From positions 70,866,001 to 70,930,000 of the forward strand of contig OX638151.1 in the NCBI GenBank assembly GCA_951804945.1: a stretch of 64,000 nt of DNA, given 5' to 3'. This DNA is from Podarcis cretensis (Eukaryota). The position numbers and the translations under genes were made by a program. Numbering within the stretch: position 1 is the first letter of the stretch; each line of letters starts with the position of its first letter. A model generated the notes under the pieces. The model ran no database searches, was not told the DNA's origin, and saw only the letters and a program-made list of their open reading frames with translations. Positions 13,626-26,670 of the stretch are shown here, piece by piece.

Positions 13626-13996
13626 GTAATATTTGAATTTATTTTCTTTTTCTAGGATTCAGTATTTACTAACAAGATACTTAACATTTTATTTTATATT
13701 TCCTGTGTGTCACACTGGCCCATTTTACCTACATCAAATGGTTGCTTTTGTAACTCTCTTATAAATGCAACTGAAAGAACTTAAATTTTTCATTATGCTT
13801 TTGTGAAATCTCTGCTACAAATGCATTATAAACTGTGCTATACATCAAATACGCAGAGCAGCAAATACTTATTTGTTGAAGAGCAGCATGAATTCAACAC
13901 TTTTGAAATCTACAGTGAAGAACATACACAGTGTTAGGCTATAATTCATTTTGAAATTGTGGCAATCTCCTGACTTGTGTTATGTCATTGTGATAG

Positions 13997-14161
13997 GGTG
14001 GAAAGGAGCATGGTGTTCCCATCCTCATCTCTGAAATTCACCCAGGTCAGCCTGCTGATCGATGTGGAGGTCTGCATGTTGGAGATGCCATTTTGGCAGT
14101 AAATGGTGTAAATTTGAGAGATGCCAAACATAAAGAAGCTGTAACTATTCTTTCGCAGCAG
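13997..14161 (+). CDS. GOPC: GOPC coding exon 7 ([55 protein letters not shown]), PDZ core
   Basis: tgatag|GGTGGA...CAGCAG|gtattt, 165 nt; translated by hand. Confidence 0.96.
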
Positions 14162-14340
14162 GTATTTTATTTTTATATCATGAATACTGAACTGTTAATA
14201 TGCATATATACATTTAGTGGGGTTTGGCCGATAATTTGGGGCAGGGCCTCCTGACATTTCTCCATTTCAGCTATAGGACTGTGTGTGTCTGAACACAAGC
14301 ACTAAGAGGAAGGGTTTATTAATTACTGGGCAGCATACAG

Positions 14341-14536
14341 ATGCTCAGTAGTGGAGCCACATACTTTGCATGCAAAGGACAGAAGGTCCTAGGTTCAGTC
14401 CTTGGCATCTCCCGACAAGGTTCGGAAAGATTCCTTCTCTGAAACCCTGGAAAGCCCCTGCCATTCAGTGTAGACAAGGCTGAGCTAGATGGACTAGTAG
14501 TTTGACTTGGTGTAAGGCAGCTTCCTATGTTTCTAA
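14341..14536 (+). mobile_element. tRNA-derived squamate SINE (Squam3-like)
   Basis: gctcagtagtggagc...tttgcatgca...aaggtcctaggttca head and aggcagcttcctatgtt 3' end; related copies elsewhere in the window. Confidence 0.7.
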
Positions 14537-15138
14537 GATAGGGCCTGGGGCAGATTTAGGGGAGCATGACCGGTTCAGTTGCACTGGGCGCTGCAGGGGT
14601 TGCCACAACTAAGATTTAGAATGGAACATGAGAAGGGGTGTGGGGAGCACCAAATTTGGGCGTCACACAGGGCACCACTTAAATTTGAGACCCGAGGTCC
14701 ACCACTGGTAGGGCAAACATTCTGTGTGAAGTTTTCTTCTGCAATTACTGAAAGTGCAAGTTTCACCAGATGAATGTTTTGGAGACTCTTAAAATTGTCT
14801 GTATTGCCATTTTCAAAAAAACAAACAAACCCAGTTTCCATACATGTAAGTCACATCCAGAATTAAACTAAAGTTGAGCAGTAGTCCATTCATTTGGGGC
14901 CTTGCTTCAGAGTGTCCAGAAAGTCCTTCCAAACGTTCTTATTTCAGCAAGGATTATCTGGATGACTATACTCTGCAGGCATGTATTGCAAGACTTGATC
15001 TGGCTTTTCTTTTATATTAGGATTTATTTTTTTTTACTATTCTGTTGTATAGCTATAGTTCTGAGATTTCATATTTTAAGTGTTCTGAATGGACTGCCCA
15101 TTCTTAGAAGCAACATAATCTTCATTTCTGTATTCTAG

Positions 15139-15319
15139 AGAGGGGAAATTGAGTTTGAAGTTGTGTACGTTGCTCCAGAAGTGGACTCAGATGATGAAAA
15201 TGTAGAATATGAGGATGAGAGTGGACATCGTTATCGTCTATATCTTGACGAATTGGAGGATGGTGGAAACTCTGCTTCTAATAGAAAATCTGGATGTGGA
15301 GATGTCAAACAATTGCAAG
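15139..15319 (+). CDS. GOPC: GOPC coding exon 8 ([40 protein letters not shown]...)
   Basis: ttctag|AGAGGG...TGCAAG|gtaaat, 181 nt; overlaps ORF 15163..15348. Confidence 0.96.
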
Positions 15320-16105
15320 GTAAATGTTCTGGGATGGTTTTTTTTTAATAACTAAGGTACAACATTTCAAGTAAAACTTGATTTTGTAAATTTAGATTCA
15401 ATTGTTTGGATATGCTTAGGATGATCTGTCCTTAGATTGAGATGACAGTTATGCAGTTGTGTCACAACATGTAAGGTTAAACCATATATGTTCTTGGCAA
15501 ATATAACGCTTGGGCAGAATGGCAGCTCATCGTTTTCCTTTGCTATTTTTGTCAGAATATTGCCATATTTCCCTATATTCCCATAAAGCAGACTCTTGAT
15601 TTGAAATTGTAGGTATATTCTTCCTTTCCTCTTTCTTGGTGACTATTTTTGTGATGTGATTTAAAGATTTCATATGGTCAAAGATTAATGCAGTACAATT
15701 TTCAAAATCTGGATTTGCCAAATCCCTATCCATAACTTGGGGGTGCCTCTGCATTGTGTAGGCACTTCCTTGTTTTGCTGGTTACTGGAATTTTCTGTTT
15801 TGTGTGGTGTTTCTGTACTAGTTGGAAGGTCTTGTTAGAGGGGAAGTGGAGAGCCATATTAATTCCTAACCCTCTGCAAGAGCACATGTAGATGGGGAAA
15901 AGGTGGTTTGGCCTGCAGTAGTCCCTATTCTTCTTAACTTGTTTTATATACAGTCCATTTCTAGAAGTCTTGGAATTTCTGCCTTCCTGTGCAGCATTGG
16001 TGCATGTGTTCTCCTTATCAGCAAAAATTGTTGGGTGGGTCAGTTTGTAAACTTTAGGATGCTGTACTATAAAATGTTACAAACATTCTTTTCTCTCTTT
16101 TGCAG

Positions 16106-16218
16106 TGTTTGATAAGAAAGCAAGTATTGATGGCCATGAAAATGGAGACCTAGGAAATTCAGTTGAAACAGAAGAGACTATATCTAAACTAGACCAATCT
16201 GCTGAAAGCTTAGCCTAA
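16106..16218 (+). CDS. GOPC: GOPC last coding exon (VFDKKASIDGHENGDLGNS...SAESLA*)
   Basis: Pyrimidine tract, then ttgcag|TGTTTGAT. HENGDLG motif is present; TAA stop at 16216-16218. Confidence 0.93.
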
Positions 16219-19200
16219 AACCACCCCTAACTCATCAGTGGGACTGGTCTCTTCCTCAAGACAGGTTGTGTAGACCGTTCTGCATTCAAAATTCCACATA
16301 AAATTATAAAGGACGATTAAAGGGATAAAGAGAAGCTGTGTTGCTGTTGCCTGGAAAAAAGCTGTTCTGTTGGTTACCTCAGGGCTTCATTATGAGCGTA
16401 TCTAAATGTGTAAAATTTCCCATTTTTCTAAGAAGTTGCATGTCAGATGAATTTCCCTTGAATTATAAGCACCAAAGCATGTTGTTTCCAAAGGCTTTTC
16501 TTGCATTTAACTTTGGATCTTGTTTATGATAAAAGGGATAGACTAAAGCAAAAGAACTTTGACACTTGGATCCTCTGACTAATAGCAGAAGCAGAAAATT
16601 GGCATTCATTTGATAGAGGAATAGATTTTAATGACCATATATAAGGGAGACATGATTTCTCAGAGGTATATTCCTGACCTACCTAGTTGCTTTTAAAATG
16701 TGTATTGTAAAAAGGTAAACAGCAAAGTCAATTCATTTCTGATTTTCACAATATACAAAAATAAGTTTGGTTTAAAACATACACATACAAAACATTTTAG
16801 CTGCTAAATATTTATTGTGACGTTAAATCTCTGAAATAGATCCTAGTGATCTGTTCCTGAGATGTTTTTCAGCATTATTTAATGCAGCATATATATATAA
16901 ATATATTCCTTTAAACTCTCTTGCCAATCAATGCTGGATGTGAAGTATTCTCCAAAGGTATTAAACAGAATACTGTTTATTTTAAAATGCAAAATAAGTG
17001 TAAAATTGGCCTCTTGGAATTATGTCTGCCCTTAAGTGTAGCATGCTCAACTTACATAATTGTATCATTGGGTGGCTACCATTCTGTGTGAACTGAATTA
17101 GGATGGAGTTAGATGACCATTCTTTCCACTGCATAGTATTTTTTACAGTTGCCACACAGTGCCATCTATGTGACCCTGGGCTGTCTAAAGGAGCTCTGTG
17201 CCCTACAGGCTAATAGTACTGTTACACTTTTGACAATGTGGCTCATCCACAGAATGGGAGTACATCATGCCTTAGATCCTTTAACAACCTATTTCCACAT
17301 ATATCCCGTCCACATGGATAACTGTAAAGGTTGCTGTGCATTGGAATGAAAATGTGCCTCTAATGCAGTCCAAAAAGTTTACAAAACATTCTCTGTAGGC
17401 ATGGTTTTATACGAGAGTTGCTAAGAGGGGCGATTCAAATTTTTGATTTAAATCCTTTGCTATAGGAACTGATTCACTTGACACTCTTAAGATGGGAGGA
17501 TGGTGTTGGATACATAATAAACCATTTAATCTGTGGCTAAATAGTCATCAGATTGCTTCAGGCTGTGTCCAGAGAATGCTTCATCATACCATTTTTACAT
17601 CTGTTTTTTTAAGATGTATTGCAGTGTTGTAAGGCAACATGAAAGCAATTGCCCAGTTGCCTGTTGTGTGTTTAAAAGTCTGTAGACCACCAGAACTCCA
17701 TGTGATTAGATCCCTTGTGGAAGGTGTTCTCCAGTTATGATCGTGTCATAGCGATCATTGTTTCCATCCATAAATGCAGTGCTTGCCATGTCATTGGTTA
17801 CCCACGCTGTGCTACATTGAGAGGTTTGGATCAACTGGCCCTTAGCAAGTGAGAATTGAGTGCATCCTGGATCTTGCCAGGTGATACTTAAGACTGTGCA
17901 GGATCACGTACCAAATTTGTTACAGTATAATAGTCCTAGTATTTTACAGAACTACGGTATATTTTTTTAAACCCCAAATGTGCAAAATAGTTTTACACCT
18001 GAATGCCAAAGGCATTTTTAGAATCCATTGGGGGTTGTCTTGGCTAGGTTGCTGTTCAGTTATGTGTATGTGTGTATGTTTATATATATATATGTATGTA
18101 TGTATCTATATCTTATTAGAGCGCACACTCTCCATATGCAAACAGTTAAAAACCATGTAATAGCTTTTCTTATAATAGGATAAAGCATGAAACGCCTGCT
18201 TTCCATTCATTGTTTTGCGGGCCATTAAAATGTAACATGTAAAGATGTATTTTGAGAGTGCAAATAATGTAAAATGACAGCTTTGTAAGTGTTTTTATAG
18301 AATGTACATAAATTGAGAGCGAGCGAAAGGCATTTAGTGTAATGTCAGTTAACCTAATGTTTAATGTTAAAAAACCATTGTGTTGTAGAACACAGTTAAA
18401 CTTGTCTCTCCTAGGTGCACTATATATATACATATGTTTATAGAGAAATCTTTTAAATGTAAATACTTTATGCAAAGATTTTGCTATTTATAAATTCTTT
18501 AACTGTTGCTCATAAAATAATTTTTGTGTGTCATTTTGCTCATGGAACTGTATTTGATTTGCAGTAAAATTTTATAGCTGCTCCTTTAATACTGTATATT
18601 AAAGTAATCTTAACCATGATACTGCCTCCATTGCAAGCCTAGTATTTTAAGCAAGCCATGAAATTGGAAAGGCTGCATTTTCTGCTGTTCATGGATGTGC
18701 CTTTGCCCTGCCATATGAGGCTGTTAAGCAGCATATGATGTTTTCTGGTGTGTATTACAAAAACATTCCCTGTGTATTGCTTTTCATTAGGAAATCTAAA
18801 GGGGAGCAAAATGAAGAGTTGACATGGGAGCACAGTGTTCCTACACAAGCCTGTTTTTGTCAGTAGGACATGTGCAAAAGAAATTACCTGGTATCCCCCT
18901 TTTTTAGAATGAACTCTCTTCAATGTTTGCTCCATTTTGCCCTATTTCTGAGCATGTTGAATCTTGGTCTATCGAAAGAGCTTTCCTATATCCCTTGTTA
19001 ACAGTAATCCAGGGATTATCTATGAGAGAATGTTACTTTCCACTCTCAAGCGAAGAAGCATGTTCTCCGCTTGATATACTTTTGTTCTGTCTGAAGTGAC
19101 AAAAATGCAGACGACCTTTCTCTGTTGCATTTGCACAACTTCGCTATTTATTAAAATCAGGCTATTGTTGAACACTGTTTGCTGGTACTGCTTTGTTCTC

Positions 19201-20010
19201 CTTGTGACGGTATCACTGCACAGAAGTCAGTGAACGGTTGTAAACGGCACTGATAAATAACTGCACAGAAATTCCCTCAGACACTTCCCACCATTGTTTT
19301 GTCTAGGCACACTTTGGGAAAGCCCAGACCTCTGAAATTTTGCTCTGATGCTATTGTGAATTATTGTGATTGCACTGCTATTTGACCAATCATGTAGAGT
19401 GCCACACTGGCAACTGTAATATGTTGGAATTTTCAGACGTGGTACGTAATACGTGATTTCCCCCCAGCTTTGTCAATAGCTAGTTTTCCAAGGGCTGGAT
19501 GAATTAGGCTTGAAGGCCTTTTGGGGAAAGTCAATATTCTTATGCTCAGTTGTATAGAGTTTGTCAGAAAATTTGTATTTTACATTCTAATTGTATGTGT
19601 ATTCCATTAGCCATCTAAACTGTTATTTCTTGCAGTTTTTAAAGATGGCAGAAGCTACAGGAGAAGTAAAATCCCTGGAATACTAGATTTCTAATGTTTG
19701 AAACCAACAACTGAATCTTGGTGAAATGTCAGACTGAACCCAGAGCTGGCATTTTGCTGAACAGAAATCTGTTTTCTGAAGTGTGCCTCGGTTTCCCTTA
19801 AGCCAGCATACCACACATGTAAGAGTTTGTAAGACTATTGGGCAACATGCAATGTCCAGATTTTTGTGGTTATATAGTCTTTGCTAATTCCCCTTCCATT
19901 TTATGCTGACCTCAGTCCTGCAGACCTTTGCAACTTAATTCTACTTACTTAAGTTGACTTTGATTAATTTGATTAGCCTGTAAATAAAGTTGTTTGCATT
20001 ATTGTGATTG
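16219..20010 (+). other. GOPC: Probable long GOPC 3' UTR (distal end uncertain)
   Basis: AU-rich tract without recognisable TEs after the stop codon. Candidate poly(A) signals: AATAAA 17516-17521, ATTAAA 18598-18603 and AATAAA 19983-19988. Confidence 0.5.
19983..19988 (+). terminator. Candidate distal GOPC polyadenylation signal
   Basis: AATAAA with an overlapping upstream TGTA and G/T-rich sequence downstream. Confidence 0.45.
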
Positions 20011-20087
20011 GAACACTTAATTTTACATTTCAGAATTCCTTTTTGCTCAATGATAGTTCAAGAGCAAGTTGCACATTAGTGTAGTTA

Positions 20088-20452
20088 AAAAGGTAAAGGT
20101 AAAGGTACCCCTGCCCGTACAGGCCAGTCTTGACAGACTCTGGGGTTGTGCGCCCATCTCACTTAAGAGGCCGAGGGCCAGCGCTGTCCGGAGACACTTC
20201 CGGGTCACGTGGCCAGCGTGACATCGCTGCTCTGGCGAGCCAGAGCCGCACACGGAAACGCCGTTTACCTTCCCGCTGGTAAGCGGTCCCTATTTATCTA
20301 CTTGCACCCGGAGGTGCTTTCAAACTGCTAGATTGGCAGGCGCTGGGACCGAGCAGCGGGAGCGCACCCCGCCGCAGGGATTCGAACTGCCGACCTTTCG
20401 ATCGGCAAGCCCTAGGCGCTGAGGCTTTAACCCACAGCGCCACCTGCGTCCC
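20088..20452 (-). mobile_element. Full-length Sauria SINE
   Basis: On the - strand: tRNA-like head GGGACGCAGGTGGCGCTGTGGG and (ACCTTT)n tail; 13-bp TSD ATTAGTGTAGTTA (20075-20087, 20454-20466). Confidence 0.92.
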
Positions 20453-20547
20453 TATTAGTGTAGTTAGTTGCAACTAAAAACTTAATTGCCCAAAGTGATG
20501 TGTTGAGAATGAGCACTGACCCTGATTGACCTTACCTAATTTTAATA

Positions 20548-20700
20548 AAGAACATATGAAGAGCCTGCAGGCCAATGTTCTATCCAGTCCAGCATCCCGT
20601 TCTTACAGTGGCCAACCAAATGTGTATGGGAAGCCAGTGAGCAGAACATGAGCACAAGAGCACTCTCCTCTTGTCTATGCAATGCATCTGTGTGATAAAG
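20548..20700 (-). mobile_element. CR1-like LINE 3' end fragment
   Basis: aagaacata..aagagcctgc..ccagtccagcatcc..cagtggccaacca; similar pieces at about 8365-8445 (-) and 58985-59127 (+). Confidence 0.55.
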
Positions 20701-21443
20701 GCATATTGGAATACATTCTGTGTGACTGCTGGACAACTCTGGAATTCCTCCCCCCCCCCTTCCCTTAATAATTGTCTGAGCTCTGGGCCTCTTATTTTTC
20801 TGGGCCATATAGTCTTGAGGAAAAAGAACTTTGTCCTTTGGGGTGAATTCCTTTTTACAATGAATTTTAACCGGGGAAAATGAACTCCAAAAGGCACTTT
20901 TAAAATCCTGTGAAGGAGCATTTTTAATCTTCATTTTCAACAAGTAAACATTTATTTAAACAAATGCAGTGAAACATGTGCTTTAATAGTAAACTATTGC
21001 AATTTAAAGAAACTTGGCTTTTAAATTTTTACAAATGTCCAGAGCTGCAAAAGAATTGTTTTACAAAATCCTGTTCAGCACCAAATCTATGGAACAGTCT
21101 GTCTGCCTCTAGTTGAGAGAAAGTGGACAATGGCAAGCCGGGGACTACAACAGGCTGCGCTGATTTTTCCGTGGGAATTGCTCTCTGGTAAGTAGACTGA
21201 AGCCTAAGTTGGTTCGTTTTAAAGGTGCTAACAAGGGACCCCCATACATTTGCAGCCCCATGGGAAATAATTCCCGTTCCACGACTTCTACATCTCCCCC
21301 CCCCCGAATGTGGAATTAGGTGGAGGGGTATTAAGTGCCCTAAGGCCTGGGAGACCCAAGAATGGGATTCAGTGCAACACACTTCCATTCATTCATCTGT
21401 GCAAATATTCCAGTTTTCCAGAGAGAAAGACATTCCCCATGTA

Positions 21444-21685
21444 CAGTGGTACCTCGGGTTACAGACGCTTCAGGTTACAGACGCTTCAGGTTACAGACTC
21501 CGCTAACCCAGAAATAGTACCTCGGGTTAAGAACTTTGCTTCAGGATGAGAACAGAAATCGCGAAGCAGTGGCGCAGTGGAAGCAGGAGGCCCCATTAGC
21601 TAAAGTGGTGCTTCAGGTTAAGAACAGTTTCAGGTTAAGAACGGACCTCCAGAACGAATTAAGTTCTTAACTAGGAGTACCACTG
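21444..21685. mobile_element. Tc1/mariner-pogo (Tigger-like) MITE, same family as 683-907
   Basis: TA|CAGTGGTACCTC ... GAGTACCACTG|TA. Shares internal sequence with the first copy (DSANPEIV...VKNFASG in ORFs over both copies). Confidence 0.85.
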
Positions 21686-22299
21686 TACTGTTCTGGGGGG
21701 TTGCTAGACCCCCAGTGCCAAATTTGGGGGAGGGTGGGGAAGCCTTATGCAAATGGAAATCCTTGGGCTTTGCTGACAAGGGTGGGGAGGTGACTCCTAC
21801 CCCAGGATTAAATTTGCCATAAAACTTGTGGTGAGACCTGGAGCCAATCATTGTTGCTTAGATTTGCGTACCTCACAACATGGTTGCGAGGATAACCCGG
21901 GGAAATGAAGAGCCTTGAGCTGCTTGTACTAAAAGGGGTGATTTAATAGAGCAGATCTTCAGCCTCATGAGGCCCTGAATCTCCTTAAAGTAACAGGTCT
22001 AATTAAGCAACAGACATTAAGCAGCAAACAAAACTTGTTTGAAGGAAGAGTAAAATATATCTAGCATGCTGGTTTGGGTTTTTAACCTTTTCCCATTTCT
22101 CATGTAGCTTTGAACTCCAGGCAATTTAAAGCCTGTGTCTATATTTAAAAAATGTCAGAAGGTGGCAGCAAACGCTTCAGATTTCCTTCTCGGAAAACGC
22201 TATGACAAAGTGTGTTAAGTCCTTGAGTGGGATCCAAAGTACTTCTCAGTCTTAGCTTCTCACAGTGCTTATGTAAAATATTTTCAACCTGCCTTTCAT

Positions 22300-22625
22300 C
22301 ACAAGTGATCCAGGGCATGGTACGCTAATGCAATTTGAATAGAACATCCATCTTAATATAAAACAAGAACAGATAGGGCACATAACTACAGCAACCCGTT
22401 AAATTTACCTGGCAATGACAGCTAGCATCCTACAAAAGCCTGAGTGGGTGTGGGGGGAAGCACCATGTTTTCAGCTGGCCCTGAAAGACAAAAAGAGAAG
22501 GTGCCAGTCAGAGCTCAGAGGGGAGAGCATTCCATAAGGAGGGGGCCAGTCCCGAGAAGACCGTCTCTGAAGTCACCGCAGAATAGATATCACTTGGCAG
22601 CAGGTTGCCAAGCAGGGCCTCCCAG
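22300..22625 (-). mobile_element. L2-type LINE 3' end fragment
   Basis: FSGLAPSLWNALPSEL (ORF 22508..22699) is the typical L2 ORF2 C-terminal motif. Confidence 0.6.
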
Positions 22626-23861
22626 CCAGATATTAACATACGAACAAACACAAACCCCTGTGTTGCAAAATGTAACCATCTACAAAAATGCAAATGCATA
22701 TATAATTGGTTATGATGTCATTCATAACTGATGCAACATGAGAGTCCAAAAACCAGAGGTGAGCATTAGGAGAAATCTCCATTTGCCGGTGGAAGTACTT
22801 GAGGCACACACACACGACTCTGGCTGCGTATGTACCATACATTTGGAACATGACACATCCCTGGGAGCTGTAGTTTGTTCTGGGTGCTGGAAACAGTAGT
22901 TCTTTGAGGGGGGAACGCAGCTCCTAGAATTCTTTCAGACCTCTTAAAAACCTTACTGGTCAGAAAGGTGCATTTTGCTGCCAACAAGTTTTTCTTGTTA
23001 TGTTCTTACACCTTTAAGTGATTACAGTAGCATCCTGCTGTATTGTCTGTGGAAGTGGGGTATACAGTAAAAACATTGGCTGCTGCATCTGCTTCCTTTG
23101 TTATCCGAGGCTAGAGATTGCTTTGGAAGCATACGTAGCTGTGTCTGGTTCTGGGATATATCAAAACAGGCGTGAGACAATCCTATCTGCTTTCCTGTGA
23201 CCTCATTTGGGCTTCAAAATAAGCTATGGAAGGCAAGTGGTTCAATAACCACTTTAATGCTGATTGAAAAGAGTTTTTGTTGTTGCTTGCTGGGCTTTGG
23301 TGTGGAGGAAGGATTTTGAATACAATAAATACCACAGCTTCGTGACTGACTGCGCTGCCATAAATCAAAATTATTCAGTCTAACTAGGTTGTAACTTTAG
23401 GTTGAAATAGTTATTTACTATTTTTTCCATACTACAATGAATGTAATAGTGACAGATTTATAAAATTTTCAATGTTCTTTGCAATATGTGATGGATTTAG
23501 CACTACTGTGCATAAATCTCCATATCTTTCTGAATGGCCAGATAGGAGACCTGAGTATTAAGCAGAATAATTGTCTACAATAAAATGAAAATTATCAAGT
23601 TTTCATTTCTGTACTTCCTATGTTTCTCAGCTCAGTATGGCGTTTACATGTGCATTACACTTAGTTTACAGTATTTCTTCTTGTTGGCCAATTCACACTT
23701 CACAAAACTGACAATAAGAACAGATGGTGTCACTTAAGGATAAACAGCTTAGCCATAAATGAGAAAAGCTGTCTTAAAGAAGATCTGCTTATGATATTTG
23801 CTTACATTTCTGCTATCAGCAGGAATGGAGAGCACAAACATTTGTTCGTAACCTTCACGCA

Positions 23862-23925
23862 TCTCATAGTAATTCTCATAGTAATTCATAGTAAATCTCA
23901 TAGTAATTCATAGTAAATCTCATAG
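23862..23925. repeat. Short tandem repeat with 10-12-bp (TC)TCATAGTAAW units, about 6 copies
   Basis: Read directly from the sequence. Confidence 0.85.
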
Positions 23926-25168
23926 CAAAATATCGATTGATTTCATCTAACAAAATGTATAGACCACTTAATAGAAAATGACAAATCCCAAATTGGTTTA
24001 CATAAAATGGTGCACAATATTTATCAAAAAAGACCAATAAAACCAACAGCAATCTAAAACAAGGAGATATACACAATCTCTCTAATATGTTGCCTGATTC
24101 TACACAGCTATCACTTATTGTGGCATCTGAAAAATGAGACTCTCACTGTCTAAAGAATCATAATTCAGAAATCATTTCTGAGTTTTTTGAAATGTTCCTG
24201 GACTGCACTAGTATCTCCACTAGCTGGTCTTTGATGCAATCCTGTTTGTGGGTTGATAGGGTTTAGGGTGTAGGTAGTTTTGTCACTGTAAGGTTTTGCA
24301 TGGAGTTTTACAGTTCTAGGACAGTTCATCTGAAAGTTTGCCAGATGTGGTGTGATGTTGCTGCCCACCCACACAATACCTTATTTCCCATTTTTATATA
24401 AAAACAACAACAACCAGGGAGCTTGAATATTGCATGTCTTTCAAGCACACACCATTTCTCTGAAGACAAAGGGTTGTCACTTTTGAAAGCTGCTGCAGGC
24501 TTATGAATCTTGGCTCTTGGGAAGACAGTTCCCAAACTCAGAGGAAACCAATCTGGGAAACTGTTGGCAAAGAGAGCACACACTAGTCAGCCAGACCCCT
24601 GATATGATCCTGTTGCCTCCTACGTTGCTTGTGAGCACAGATAAGGTGCTAGAGAGCAAATGCTTTTATAAAGATGCAGTGCATTCTGCAGTTAGTGAGC
24701 AGTTGAGAGATATGAATATATAATTCCTCTGTGAAAGAGCCAGCAGGCATGAGATACACTGCAGCTTCTGTATGTGATGGTGTCCTGCAGATCTTGTTTC
24801 AAATTAGAAAACACAAGCTTTAGCAGGATAAGAACATGAGTGGTGTCTAAATTAAACTATAAAACAGTAGATGACATGGCTGCATCCAGAACTTTGGCAT
24901 TTCCACCCCACCCCAACACAACTCATAAACTTAAGATTTCTTTTCCTGTCCTTGTAGAGCTTGCAAGCAAATGTGCATGACTTGGTCTTGTAGAGCCTTC
25001 AGGAGCTGTGGCTAGCTATCATTGGTTTTCAACTGAGAGGCCTGTTTGGTGGCGGCAAGTCCATTTGGGCGAATGGGCACTGCGCCACCAGCCTCGCCTG
25101 CCTTCATACTTGCAACCAGTTACCCTTGTTGCTCTCAGCAGGGAGGAGGGTGGAAGCTATGGTAAAGT

Positions 25169-25534
25169 GTAAAGGTAAAGGTAAAGGTACCCCTGCCCGT
25201 ACGGGCCAGTCTTGACAGACTCTGGGGTTGTGCGCCCATCTCACTTAAGAGGCCAGGGGCCAGCGCTGTCCGGAGACACTTCCGGGTCACGTGGCCAGCG
25301 TGACATCGCTGCTCTGGCGAGCCAGAGTTGCACACGGAAACACCGTTTACCTTCCCGCTGGTAAGCAGTCCCTATTTATCTACTTGCACCCGGAGGTGCT
25401 TTCAAACTGCTAGGTTGGCAGGCGCTGGGACCGAGCAGCGGGAGCGCACCCCGCCACAGGGATTCGAACCGCCGACCTTTCGATCGGCAAGTCCTAGGCG
25501 CTGAGGCTTTAACCCACAGCGCCACCTGCGTCCC
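25169..25534 (-). mobile_element. Full-length Sauria SINE
   Basis: Near-identical to the 20088 and 60759 copies; intact B box GGTTCGAATCC; no clear TSD. Confidence 0.92.
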
Positions 25535-26670
25535 TTTATAGGTTCCTTTTCAGAGTACAGCTGCATTTCGCTGAGACCTGTCCATAAAAACTGGAATGTG
25601 AACACCAGGTCATTACATTTAGATCAATAAACAAACTCTCTGCAGCTAATTATGTTTGGTCATTACTGCCCTGGATCGGATTCCACCCCAAGACTGAGGG
25701 GGAAGCTATGTGTGCTATTATACTCACAAATGCCTCATTGCTACATGAACTCTCAAGTGTGAGTCAAACACCAACACACTTTAAGACCAGATAATATTGT
25801 AAGCTCCTCTTAAACACTTTACAGACATAGTGGTAGATTAATTAAAAATCAAAAACAAGGATGAGCAAATCTGAATGAATCTAAATAATAATTGTTATGT
25901 ATTTGTGAGGTGTAGTCCAATCTTCTAGATGTCCTTCAAATAACTTTTGTGTGGCCTGAGCCTTCTGGTGGAAACCAGAGACATACATAATTCATTTAAG
26001 AGGAAAGCAAACTGCTATCGTTCCCTATTTGCAAAACAATGGAGCAATGCTTTAAAGGAGTGAAGATTTAGAAATATTTAGAAGCATTTGGTGGTGGTGT
26101 TTAAAATTGAAGCTTTTTACAAACTCCTGGGTTTTGATAATGATAACATTCCCGAGTCTCTGTCAGGGAAGAACGCAGGGGATGGATAAATAAATATATA
26201 CGGATACTAATACGAATAACTCCACACATGGTTAGGAGTCTCACCACAACCTCTAATGCCTGCTCTCAGCCAAGCCATTTTGGCTGCAATCTTCTCTTAT
26301 CTTCCTCCCTGGCTTTGCTTTGACAAGGACACTGCCAAGGCCAGCTGTACCAGACACCCTGCTATTGCAATACCAGGATTTGCACTCAGAAGGAGTCGTC
26401 TTATCAAGAGAGCTGAAAGCTTTGGCATTACATTTTATTTGAAAGCCTGGCTCCCAGAAAACACGGTTCCTAGACTGCACAGGAGGGAAGGAAGGGGCCA
26501 CAATGTATATGAAAAAGCAAATGCTTTCCATGTACAAGGTTCTAAATTCAATCCTTGACCTATCCACTTAGGGGGCTGCTTCACCCTAGCAGAGTATTTC
26601 TCCTAGCTGAGAAGTGTACTGCTGTAGGGGAAGAAAAATATGCAAGAGGGATAGGAATACCTTAGTTCTA

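Larger units (their letters stand above)
6881..16218 (+). other. GOPC: GOPC gene body (coding exons 2-9; exon 1 lies upstream of the window)
   Basis: Eight exons with AG/GT boundaries join in frame into the GOPC coiled-coil and PDZ protein. Lengths are 165, 24, 176, 166, 96, 165, 181 and 113 nt, consistent with my recollection of the mammalian structure. Confidence 0.97.

Noticed and set aside
14341-14420. tRNA-like sequences here and at about 49717 and in the Sauria SINE heads
   Set aside because: They are degenerate SINE heads attached to LINE-derived tails, not intact cloverleaf tRNA genes.
23862-23925. Regularly repeated units superficially like a CRISPR array
   Set aside because: The units are 10-12 bp with no unique spacers, there are no cas genes, and the context is eukaryotic.
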